In this document: piece after piece, positions 1 through 11,000 of the stretch
Layout of the letters: every line of letters starts with the position of its first letter
Numbering within the stretch: position 1 is the stretch's first letter
NCBI GenBank assembly: GCA_024626585.2
Contig: JANKJI020000002.1
Location: 198,715,649-198,736,082, forward strand
From: Ginkgo biloba
Lineage: Eukaryota > Plantae > Ginkgophyta
DNA: 20,434 nucleotides
Direction of reading: 5' to 3'
Translations under genes and position numbers: made by a program
The notes under the pieces: model-generated
Told to the model about the DNA's origin: nothing
Database searches by the model: none
The model's input: the letters and a program-made list of their open reading frames with translations, nothing else

Positions 1-172
1 TGGAATGTCATGTTTTAAACAAATCTCTCTTTAGCCGATGCTAGATAGCATACTAGTCTGTCACAGCAACAAACTTGATGACAATAAAAAAAACATGGCA
101 CCATACATGCTAATGTATCAAGCAGAAAACAAAATAAATTGCCAGGAAATATTTGCATCCAAAAAGATTGCT
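1..172 (-). other. RPS14: RPS14 3' UTR / downstream region
   Basis: Lies directly after the TGA and is U/G-rich on the transcribed strand. The poly(A) site cannot be determined. Confidence 0.6.
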
Positions 173-265
<93 letters not shown>

Positions 266-268
266 TCA

Positions 269-747
<479 letters not shown>

Positions 748-768
748 TCAAAATGCTGAAATACATTG

Positions 769-804
769 GCATCGATGAATAATTTATTACAAATTCACCG
801 ATGC
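769..804 (-). other. Intronic RNA hairpin (12-bp stem, 12-nt loop)
   Basis: Transcribed strand GCAUCGGUGAAU...AUUCAUCGAUGC forms 11 Watson-Crick pairs plus one G-U. Confidence 0.5.
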
Positions 805-2869
805 ATGGTGTCATCCTCCTATATGCCCATCATTCAGACAGTTCAAGTTGAAGAGACAAAATTCAGCTTCTCTCTACTGTATATTTCATCGTAGTGTGAC
901 AGAAATGGAAGCAGTGACACAATGCAAGGTCTAACTCAACTTCAGAAAACGAATGCTAGTCCATTCCAGAACATGGAATCCTGCTGAAACAGTGAAACTT
1001 CAAGACATGCATGAAAATGATAGGACGTCATATGGCACATAAACATGGAACAACAACTAGCATTTCAGACACTAAGTGTTTGTACAAGTGTTTGCTCTTT
1101 CTCAAATAACTTCTCTTGAGAAACGCAAAGGTGTCTGGTGGTGTAGGAATTTTAAAGTATCATACAATGGCAGAGCAACCTACCAAGGAAATCCTGCACA
1201 TTTGAGGGCTAAAGCGGGCAACCTCGTGAGCTTTATGACTAGAAGTTTGAATGGCAACCGTGATGGGAATATGATCAAGGCTAATTTGCACTGGTTTCTT
1301 AGGTTCTAAAAAAGGAAAAAGGGGGTCCCCGCCTTGCTCTCAACTTGGGGTATGTTGGGTAACAACATTGTTATTACTTAATCTCATTAGTTAAGATACA
1401 TGTAGCAGGCTATGTTAGCAAAAGATTACTGCAANNNNNNNNNNNNNNNNNNNNNNNNNNNNNNNNNNNNNNNNNNNNNNNNNNNNNNNNNNNNNNNNNN
1501 NNNNNNNNNNNNNNNNNNNNAATATTTTCTACTATTTTATATCTTAGACTCAAATGAGTCCCTTTAAGGTTGATTAGGCTTAGGTAAGCTCCATTGTGAT
1601 TCTAAAGCTTTATATTGCTACATTATGGATTTATGACATAGATATTGGCTACATTGTGCATATATTTCATATATTCTACTGTTACTTTATATTTTATATC
1701 ATTTGGAGCAATATTTTGGTAATATAAGCAGTTAGGAGNNNNNNNNNNNNNNNNNNNNNNNNNNNNNNNNNTCTTGCTCTTGAGAAAGTACGAATAAAGT
1801 TTGTTCAATTATAAAATTTTGAAGGCATATTTTAGAATATATTTTTGTACATTTAGATAGAACATATCGAGCTGTATAATTTAAAAAAAAAGTGTGTCTG
1901 ATTTGGAGTCCATAAGCTACCGAAAAGTGCATTATAAGTTAGGGAAGAATTCAGTCATTTTTGGAGCTATTTCGTAGGAATCTCACCAAATNNNNNNNNN
2001 NNNNNNNNNNNNNNNNNNNNNNNNNNNNNNNNNNNNNNNNNNNNNNNNNNNNNNNNNNNNNNNNNNNNNNNNNNNNNNNNNNNNNNNNNNNATTCTACAT
2101 ATGATTGAAATTCTACCAGATAAAACTGCAAAACACAATATTCTGTTGGGTGCCAATTAACTCACAATTATAATCCAAAGCACATGAGATTAAGGAACTT
2201 GGGGCTTGGTGACATGACAAATCAAAGGATAACCCACGTTCTAAAAGAATTAACAGGTAAAGTTCACAGCCTAGAAATCAAAGCATGCACATCTTTCTGA
2301 GAAGACAAAGTTTTGCAAGGGAAAAACAAGTGACTAATGCAGGCACGGACTGCTATTAATTAAAACTTGAAAGAAATTATAAATAATTAAACTGATAAAC
2401 AAATGACCAATTACAAAAAAAATTTGAAAGCAAAACAAAAACCATGCCACGCATATAAAAGGCAACTCTGTATATCCATCCTCAAATATATTCCATCTAC
2501 AAAATAATAGCTTCTATTCTCAAGGTTGTAAATTCATCAAAATATAGTCAAACTTCATAAACAATTGTCTTTTCAACAATTTGACTTATTCATGCCGACA
2601 TCGAAAATTGCCTCCAACCAAACTGGCAGTCCAATAAATCAGAATTGCTTTACAGTGCAACTACTGCCGGAGGTTAGTAGAAACAACTCGACTACTCACA
2701 CATGCAAAACCAGAAAACACCATCATTAACATAATATGCACACACAGGCAAAAATGTACAAATCCATATCAATAATATTAATTGCCATATAAATTTTTAA
2801 TATAAAGTTCTAATATGCTAGTAAGATCTTAGTAATATGCTTTATTACTGTATCCTTATTGGTAATATG

Positions 2870-3006
2870 TTGATTTAACCATAATTAGTATTGAGGCGAC
2901 TATATTTAAGATAATATTGAGCCAACAATAATTAAGTATTGAGCCAGCCATAGCCAAGTATTGACTCGGCCATAGTTAGGCATCGAGCTAGCCACTGTTA
3001 AGTATG
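2870..3006. repeat. Degenerate ~22-bp minisatellite, about 6 units
   Basis: Units resemble ccatagttaagtattgagccag, e.g. caataattaagtattgagccag / ccatagccaagtattgactcgg / ccatagttaggcatcgagctag. Confidence 0.75.
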
Positions 3007-3112
3007 GTTATGGTCAGACGGATGCCTAGATATTATATATAGAGTACAAATTTATTAACATTGATATTATCATTATTCTTTCAGTGTTCTAAAATTGTTT
3101 TGATGATGGCAA

Positions 3113-3410
3113 GTTAAGATTTTCGGAGATTCTCAATTAATAGTTAACATGGTGCAGAATAAGTGGACCTGCAATAATCCTAGTTTGGATGCTATCGTGA
3201 AGGAAATTAAATATTTCTTGATTCATTTTGAAGAGTGGGAAATCTTATACTTGAACAGGAAGTGGAATGTATGGGCAGATGCCATGGCTAAAAAGGGATC
3301 TGAGGAGGAGGAAGGTATGACGGGTAAACTAATATTGCCATATGAGTTGAACAATCCAGAACAGGGCCTGTCTGAGACTCGAGGTCAGAAACAGGTTGAA
3401 ATTCGGATCG
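3113..3410 (+). pseudogene. RNase H (RVT_3 / RNase HI-like) C-terminal half, copy 1, open frame
   Basis: VKIFGDSQLIVNMVQNKWTCNNPSLDAIVKEIKYFLIHFEEWEILYLNRKWNVWADAMAKKG carries the GDS and R..N..AD..AK motifs of retroelement RNase H. The N-terminal half is truncated at the insertion boundary. Confidence 0.85.
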
Positions 3411-3510
3411 NNNNNNNNNNNNNNNNNNNNNNNNNNNNNNNNNNNNNNNNNNNNNNNNNNNNNNNNNNNNNNNNNNNNNNNNNNNNNNNNNNNNNNNNNN
3501 NNNNNNNNNN

Positions 3511-3860
3511 AGTGGTCTAAAGCTTCTCATGGAGAGAAACGTTTGAAAGGTTAAGATTTTTGGAGATTCTCAATTAATATTTAACATGGTGTAGAATAAG
3601 TGGACTTGCAATAATCCTATTAGCATCATGAAAGAAATCAAATATTTCTTGATTCATTTTGAAGACTGGAAAATATTATACTTGAATAGAAGTGGAATGT
3701 ATGGGCAGATGCCATGGCTAAAAGGGGTTATGAGGAGAAGGCGGGTATGAAGGGTCAATTGATGTTGCCTCACAAGTTGAACAATCAATGTCTTCATCTA
3801 AGATTTTTGTAACAGGGCCTGTTTGAGACCCAAGGTCAGAAATAGGTTGAAATTCAGATT
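3511..3860 (+). pseudogene. RNase H copy 2, disrupted
   Basis: Reads SGLKLLMERNV*KVKIFGDSQLIFNMV*NKWTCNNP..IMKEIKYFLIHFEDWKILYLNR, then a frameshift, then KWNVWADAMAKRG. Clearly homologous to 3113-3410. Confidence 0.85.
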
Positions 3861-5120
3861 CTTGGGAGAAAGGTGAGGATCAGTTGGAAATGGGGAGTCC
3901 TATTTCGATTCACAGTCAAGGACAGGAGGCAGAATTTAGGAAAAATGTTGGGATGCCTAGGTGTTGAAGGTGCTAAAGGCTCCAGAAGTTCAGGCTCTGA
4001 TCAGGATTTATGGGAATGGAAACAGTCTCTGGATTGTTTCTCAAAAGGAGGAATTTCTCTTTTTCACTGCATTTTGTTATTCTTCTGGAGATTAACAGTG
4101 CCACAGTTGATGGTTGTCTCTCTCTGTTATCTCCAGAGTTGGGTATTGGAGTAACTAGTGATAAGAAAAGGAGGCAAGGTTTCCTTAATTCTCAAATTTG
4201 GGCAAGGGAGGAAGCTGTCTATGTCCTAGTCAGAGAAGATAGCAGACACTTCTACAACAAAAGAAGGCGGCGATTTTATCCAATGGTGGGGGGTTTATGA
4301 GAGCAAATGTCCTTGGCCTCATGAGCTTTTGGTGGGCAGCAGGGCAAGGAGCAATTTCATTCCGTGGTGGGACCTGGAGTTTGATAAGTAGCACAAGGGA
4401 GAGGGAACTTTCAGAGCAGTGGGGAAAAGCGGCTTCGTTAGGACTCACAGCAAGGATTTGGATCACCATCATCAATTTGTTCTGATATCTTCTAGGCATC
4501 TCATGGCCTGGCGTCTAAATACTTGATCTCTAATGTAATTTGCAGGATCCAAGAAAATATCTAAGTTTCCCAGTTTGCAGTTTTTGCTGTTGGATTCGTA
4601 GGACATAATGTTCCTCAAGTCCTGATTTGGATCGGTGATCCACTTTGCATATTGTGTATTTTAATCATATTCTAATATACATCACTTTTTACCCGAAAAA
4701 AAATTGTTTTGATGACATTAATTTATTATTTCATTTGGTGCCAAATTTTTAAAATTTGTTCATTTTAATTTGCAATTAATCAGACAATCTCCCTTTTAGA
4801 TACATATTATAGATTTTAATTGGTAATGAATTTAAAAAATTATCTATTTTATTTAAAGTCAGTCAGTCAATCCTTTTTTGATATATACTATTGATAAAAA
4901 TAAAATCAAACAGATCAATGCTTTTTATCATTGTTTGATAATTCGTTATTATACAGCATTATTTTCATATTATTTCACATTATTTTATGGAGGACATGAA
5001 TATTATTAGTGTCATATTTCNNNNNNNNNNNNNNNNNNNNNNNNNNNNNNNNNNNNNNNNNNNNNNNNNNNNNNNNNNATACACACGTGTATATGTGTTT
5101 GCATGTGTATGTATTGTAAA

Positions 5121-5153
5121 TACACACACACACACACATGCATGCATGCATGC
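5121..5153. repeat. (AC)n-(CATG)n compound microsatellite
   Basis: tacacacacacacacacatgcatgcatgcatgc, a 33-nt alternating purine-pyrimidine tract near an N run. Confidence 0.9.
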
Positions 5154-5460
5154 TTCCCTCAAGGCAAACCTCCTCCCATTTGTTCTGATAGAAATATATC
5201 AGAGGCCAAGTATTAGTTGATAAAATCTTCATCACACTGATTAACAAATAAAAACCACACTATAGTTGGTTTTAAGGGAAAATATTGCAGAGTTAAAACT
5301 AAAGAAACTTAAAAACTACGTTAGCTAGAGAATTGCAATATTGTTCAATTAATCAATCATCACAATCTAAACAATACATCAACCTAATTTCACAAAAGAA
5401 TATCTAATGTCAGAGTAAGACCAACATAACTAATCTTTAACAAAAAGGGAATCCTATAAT

Positions 5461-5536
5461 CTAGATGAACTAATTCATGACACTATCGCTTTATAGTTTC
5501 TTGGATGAACCAATTCATGACACCGCCACTTTCATA
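5461..5536. repeat. Two diverged ~40-bp tandem copies
   Basis: ctagatgaactaattcatgacactatcgcttt versus ttggatgaaccaattcatgacaccgccacttt, period 40. Confidence 0.7.
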
Positions 5537-6613
5537 CCTCTAGGAAGTGTTTTCACATATGATTGCCAATGGTTGTTCAATTTGTCTAATCCAAATGCTC
5601 AAATCTAGAGAATTTTTGAGCTAGAGTGAATTTCTCAAAGTAGGCGATTTTTGGAGCTTGTCCTATTTTCGTTAGGAAAGTCCTTTCTCTATGCAACTCT
5701 AATACTTTGGAGTTTTTGAGCTATGGTGAATTTTTACGTGAGAGCAAATTTATGNNNNNNNNNNNNNNNNNNNNNNNNNNNNNNNNNNNNNNNNNNNNNN
5801 NNNNNNNNNNNNNNNNNNNNNNNNNNNNNNNNNNNNNNNNNNNNNNNNNNNNNNNNNNNNNNNNNNNNNNNNNNNNNNNNNNNNNNNNNNNNNNNNNNNN
5901 NNNNNNNNNNNNNNNNNNNNNNNNNNNNNNNNNNNNNNNNNNNNNNNNNNNNNNNNNNNNNNNNNNNNNNNNNNNNNNNNNNNNNNNNNNNNNNNNNNNN
6001 NNNNNNNNNNNNNNNNNNNNNNNNNNNNNNNNNNNNNNNNNNNNNTTTGATCACAATTACCCTAATTTATCAATCAACGGGAAAAGGCTCTTGGTTGAAG
6101 TTAGCACTAACAGGTTCGCCCGTGAAAAGCTATTTTTTTATAAGATGATAATTTAACATGCTTGCATAATGTACCTGCCAGCAGCATGTGGTCCCTGTTG
6201 TGTTTATCAGCCAGTCGGTAGCTGATTTAATTTCAAGTAAAAATGCTAACTGGTTGAACGGGTTGTGCAGCACACTGTACTGAGAATCATTTTAGCACAA
6301 CCACACGACTGAATCCACAGTAAACCTACTTAAAACAAAAAGGCTCTACCCTCTGCCTCCTGCTACACCCTAACGTAGGATTCATAACAGTGCGTTCTAA
6401 CAAAGGCCTAGCTAATCTACAGAATCGCCAAAAAAATGAGATAGAGGACTATAAACAACAAATCCTCCGTAACGGTAAACAAACTACGAGAAATGATTGC
6501 CAGGCGACTCTTCTTGTTCAGCATTTAATAGATCTTCAAGCAAATTATGTGAATATATTCCCAAACAGTGAAGAAATGAATTAAGAAAACGGCATCGGAG
6601 ATCACATGCCTAC

Positions 6614-6728
6614 CATTTTGGCGACGTCTACGAGCTTTTTGGATCAATGGAGAACAAGCAGGGCCTTCAAGAACTTCCTGCGCAAGCAAAACTGCAACAA
6701 AATGGAGTCTATGAAAAGGAAGGCTGCC
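6614..6728 (-). other. RPS14: Probable RPS14 first exon (5' UTR + ATG only)
   Basis: Minus strand reads GTCGCCAAAATG|GTAGGC: ATG (6616-6614) in strong A-rich context directly followed by a donor. A pyrimidine tract CCTTCCTTTTC lies upstream near 6723-6713. The area is locally CpG-retaining, with T-rich intron-like sequence downstream. An intron right after ATG is common in ribosomal protein genes. The link to RPS14 is inferred from strand and position. Confidence 0.55.
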
Positions 6729-7722
6729 NNNNNNNNNNNNNNNNNNNNNNNNNNNNNNNNNNNNNNNNNNNNNNNNNNNNNNNNNNNNNNNNNNNNNNNN
6801 NNNNNNNNNNTTGATGGGGAGGGATAAAATTTTGATTTAGAAGCGCAATGTTGTATTATTTCCCCAAGACTAAGTAGAGTACGTGATTTTAGCGTTGTAG
6901 GAAAATGTTAAGAAGTAATATTGTCTCTTCCTAAAAAGATGGATATTGGATTCAAATAGTTTGATCAATTTATCTCATTAGCATATCACAAATCATACAT
7001 TTATTTTTATTTTGATTTTTGATTTTTGTGTATACATTTTGTTTCAAAAGAGGNNNNNNNNNNNNNNNNNNNNNNNNNNNNNNNNNNNNNNNNNNNNNNN
7101 NNNNNNNNNNNNNNNNNNNNNNNNNNNNNNNNNNNNNNNNNNNNNNNNNNNNNNNNNNNNNNNNNNNNNNNNNNNNNNNNNNNNNNNNNNNNNNNNNNNN
7201 NNNNNNNNNNNNNNNNNNNNNNNNNNNNNNNNNNNNNNNNNNNNNNNNNNNNNNNNNNNNNNNNNNNNNNNNNNNNNNNNNNNNNNNNNNNNNNNNNNNN
7301 NNNNNNNNNNNNNNNNNNNNNNNNNNNNNNNNNNNNNNNNNNNNNNNNNNNNNNNNNNNNNNNNNNNNNNNNNNNNNNNNNNNNNNNNNNNNNNNNNNNN
7401 NNNNNNNNNNNNNNNNNNNNNNNNNNNNNNNNNNNNTCTTTTTTAGCATTATTATAATTGATATTTCAACATATGTTTATAAAACTTGAAAGTTATGAGG
7501 TTAAAATGTTAAAAGGCTTCTTTCAAAATAACTAAGTACTAATTCTCTTAAACTTGTATTTTTAGCTTTTAAAAAAAATTATGTACTCCTTGTAGTCGAT
7601 ACTATTGTAAGGTTGCAAATATAAAAAATTATAATATGACATTGAATTGCCAAAAAAACTCCTGTTAAGTCATTTAATGAAATGAAAATATGTTGAACAC
7701 TTTATGTGTCATAATTTTTTTA

Positions 7723-7961
7723 TTGGCCTTTCCATGTTGCCATGCTAGAATGTAAGACATCATTGACTTTTGAATCATCATCTTTAGCATTTGTAAAAGA
7801 TTTCTTAGATTTTATCAAATACCCATCTCTTATAGAACTTGTTGGCCTTTCTATGATGTCATGCCATCATGCAAGATGATGCAAACTTCAGATTCCTCTT
7901 TCTTGAGCACTTTATAAAAGTTTTTTTGAGTTTTACCTAATATCCATCTCTTAAACAACTT
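7723..7961. repeat. Two diverged ~119-bp tandem copies
   Basis: ttggcctttccatgttgccatgc...cccatctcttatagaactt (from 7723) versus ttggcctttctatgatgtcatgc...tccatctcttaaacaactt (from 7842). Confidence 0.7.
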
Positions 7962-7994
7962 TCTCAATACTTGAATTAATTTGGTTATGATCTA

Positions 7995-8188
7995 CCATGT
8001 TGTGTAAGATTGTTAAGTGTGTCAAATATAGTTTGTTATAATAAGAATCAATAATGGGTAAAATTTCACATAATCACAAAAAAATATGCCATGTTGTGTA
8101 AGATTGTTAAGTGTGTCAAATATAGTTTGTTNNNNNNNNNNNNNNNNNNNNNNNNNNNNNNNNNTTCACATAATCACAAAAAAATATG
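7995..8188. repeat. Near-identical 94-bp tandem duplication
   Basis: ccatgttgtgtaagattgttaagtgtgtcaaatatagtttgtt...ttcacataatcacaaaaaaatatg at 7995 and 8089. The second copy has 33 N where the first has 27 bases. Confidence 0.9.
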
Positions 8189-8599
8189 TGGTATACATAC
8201 ACCAACACTCCAAGCACAAATATAAATTAGAAGTTAATCATGGCTCACATACATATATAATACATGATTTTAAAAAGATCGAACTGAGTCTAAAACTAGA
8301 AAGTTTATGGTAAAATAAACAAACCAACCCATAAATTTTCAAAGTGCAACAATAGATAATAAGAAAATCATCAAGTAAGGGAACAATACCATCATGCTCA
8401 AGGTCATCTCAATGTTAATAATTTCATTTGAATCCATTATTTTTGCATTAGTTTTCTATGCTGGGAGAGATAGTCAAGCTGAGAGAGAGGGGTTTATCCT
8501 GGCCATGTTTAATGGCAGTCTTCTAGGAGGAGAGAATAGANNNNNNNNNNNNNNNNNNNNNNNNNNNNNNNNNNNNNNNTAATTTTGCTTATACTCCTT

Positions 8600-11000
8600 A
8601 GATTTAGAATTGAGTCCTTGGGAACTCTAATGGTAGCTCAAAGAGAATCCCCTTAGTATTCAATTGGCTTGAGTAAATGATTAAGCTCTAATTGAACTTT
8701 GTCACCTTTAACCTTAATTTTTATTACACAATTAGATAAATTATAACAATACCATTATTGTTTATAACATATGGAGGAGGAGGATCTCNNNNNNNNNNNN
8801 NNNNNNNNNNNNNNNNNNNNNNNNNNNNNNNNNNNNNNCCACATTAAGAATACGATAGGCTTGATGAAAGGTAACAAAGTAAATACCCAAATCCCTAAGG
8901 AAAGGCCCAATTAAGATTTGAAGTAAGATGGGAGTTGGAAGCTTTTAAAGCCCATTTCTTGAGTGATTTTACTGAATGGTACCACCACAAGAGATGCTTA
9001 AATTTTGTAGGTTACCTAGGCATTAGGTGTTTGTTATCATTAACCCCCATCTACTTCAACATCTCCTTGGTCGCTAACCCTTGGTGAAGCACCCTAGAAA
9101 AAAGATTTTTTAAGACTTTACATGAGCTTTCTAAATCCTTCCAAATATTTTACACTCATAGGAAATCAAAACTTTGTTATTCATTCTGGCTAATGTATTC
9201 TTCTTAAATTCAAGAACTAAATAACCATAGGAAATAAAGTTAGTTTTAATAGCTTTAGGCACAATCCATATTCAATCTTGTCACCAAGCATGAGGGAAAT
9301 TAGGAATCATTCTTAGCTCAAAGTAATTATGAAGCATGAAACATATCTTAACGAAAATGACTTTATATAAAAAGGATGATAATTGATTTTATCTTGATAT
9401 AAAGTTCAAATTCCACCTTAAGGACTTCCCATTGCTTTTATTTCCTAACCAATAAGTGGGTTATAAGATTTTTTAGAAAAGGATAGTATAGATCACACCA
9501 AACTACCATAAAATCTCCTATCATATACAGTGACATTATTGTTATTATTATGGGGGGTATTATTTAAAGGAATAAAAGCACCTTTATAGCAATCCTTTGG
9601 TTGGCTTATGGCTTGTGCCCCTTTAATTGATCCTTCCTTAATATGCTCTAAGAGATTCCATACTTTGTTGCATTCAAATGAAATAACAAAGCTCTAATAA
9701 AATATGCTATACTTGATCCCATCAGAGTTAGTGCATGAAATAAATTAGTGTAAATAAAAACCTTATAAATGGGAGACAAATGAAACGAGTCTCTTAAACT
9801 TAAATGATATAATAAATGAGACCAAGATAGTAGATTATTTTTACCAAGTAGAAACAAGCCATGCTAAAGGGTTGATCTCCCTCTACTTCAAACTCCCATA
9901 CAATAAGTCAATGTGCAAATAAATCAAACCCTTAGGTGGTTTAGGGATGATCAAAATCTATTGAAAGATAATTTTCTATGGGTAATTATCCCTCTATAGC
10001 CTCCCTAAAGTGAGTAAGAAGAAATCTTACAAATGATAGATTCAACGCTAATATAATCACATCCAAATTATTCTTTTAGCTCTAATATGAGACTCTAAAA
10101 GAATGTGTATACATGGGCTAAAACGGAACTCCATGACCTTTAATCATGATTGAGTATGATATCATTGCATGAGGGTATATTTTGAACTCTTACCCCCTCT
10201 CTTATGAGATCGTAAGCCTTTTTAGACTTCTCTTATTAATAAGATATAATAAACCTAATGAGATTCCATGGGTATCTCATCAATATATAGCCATAGGTGG
10301 CATATAGGTAAGTCATACCTCCAACCATATCAAAGGTTACTTAGGAATTTTAGTATTGTGCACTAATCCTAAGATATCGTTGACTAGTTTTTTTGGCTCA
10401 ATATTTTTTCTATTAGGGAGTCTCAAAGTGGTCCCATCCATCCAGGTTATTTTGGATAAAGATATAGCCGTTTCTCCATTTTGTGAAAGCCCCAAGATTT
10501 ATAACTAAGCATGTTGTCTTGCATTTATTCCCAACATGATCTAAATTAGTGCCAAACTTAATGGCCTAACCTAGTCCCTTAGTTTCCACATCGTGTACCA
10601 TAGTGGGATTAAATGGTCACTATCTAAGCCAAACTTCTAAAGGGGTCCCCTTTCCATTGGTGTTAATCCTTTTATCATAGTCATTCTAGCATCATTATTA
10701 TTTCTCATATTCCTCTTTATTAGCATCATTCTCCTTATTAAAACCCTCCATTAATGAGGCTTAATTACTTCATAGGTATTATATTTTGCCATGGGTTTTA
10801 GATCATCATAGAGCATCCAAGATCATACTAGATTTGCTTAAATCCACTTAGTATATTGTTAAGGACCCCTATTGATGAGGTATAACAGTCTTAGGGGATT
10901 ATTTATTGATTTCAGTACACCTCTCCCAGGGGATTTATTAAAGCCACATTGAGCATGTATGAGCCAATACCCAAATCCCTTAGTTAAGAGAGTCCCAAAT
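8600..11000 (+). mobile_element. Highly decayed L1 LINE ORF2 (endonuclease + RT) remnant; ends approximate
   Basis: Eroded motifs occur in L1 order and roughly L1 spacing: SNGSSKRIPLVFN (~8626, cf. endonuclease SxGASGGLxxxWN), GLPIAF (~9422, cf. GPDGFPxxF), GGII*RNKSTFIAIL (~9553, cf. INATFIALIPK), MIKI (~9947, cf. KIDMxKAYD), a DPLS-like stretch (~10190) and a GVP-like stretch (~10641, cf. YLGVP). Many stops and frameshifts. Confidence 0.5.

Larger units (their letters stand above)
3107..4699 (+). mobile_element. 5'-truncated non-LTR (L1-like) retrotransposon insertion, antisense to RPS14
   Basis: Identical 16-bp direct repeat aaaattgttttgatga at 3091-3106 and 4700-4715 (TSD), with target context TTCT|AAAA. 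The 3' end ...cactttttacccg-A8 runs into the TSD. RNase H coding sequence sits at the 5' end. Contains a 100-N gap at 3411-3510. Confidence 0.85.

Noticed and set aside
769-779. GCATCGATGAA matches a conserved 5.8S rRNA motif, suggesting a possible snoRNA guide or rRNA fragment
   Set aside because: Only 11 nt, with no further rRNA similarity. The antisense stretch is not followed by a CUGA box D and is sequestered in a hairpin.
1983-1991. Donor-like G|GTGAGA on the minus strand next to the 1992 gap, as the end of a missing RPS14 exon
   Set aside because: The preceding bases ATTTG do not fit the expected Thr codon + G (ACN G) of RIT-G.
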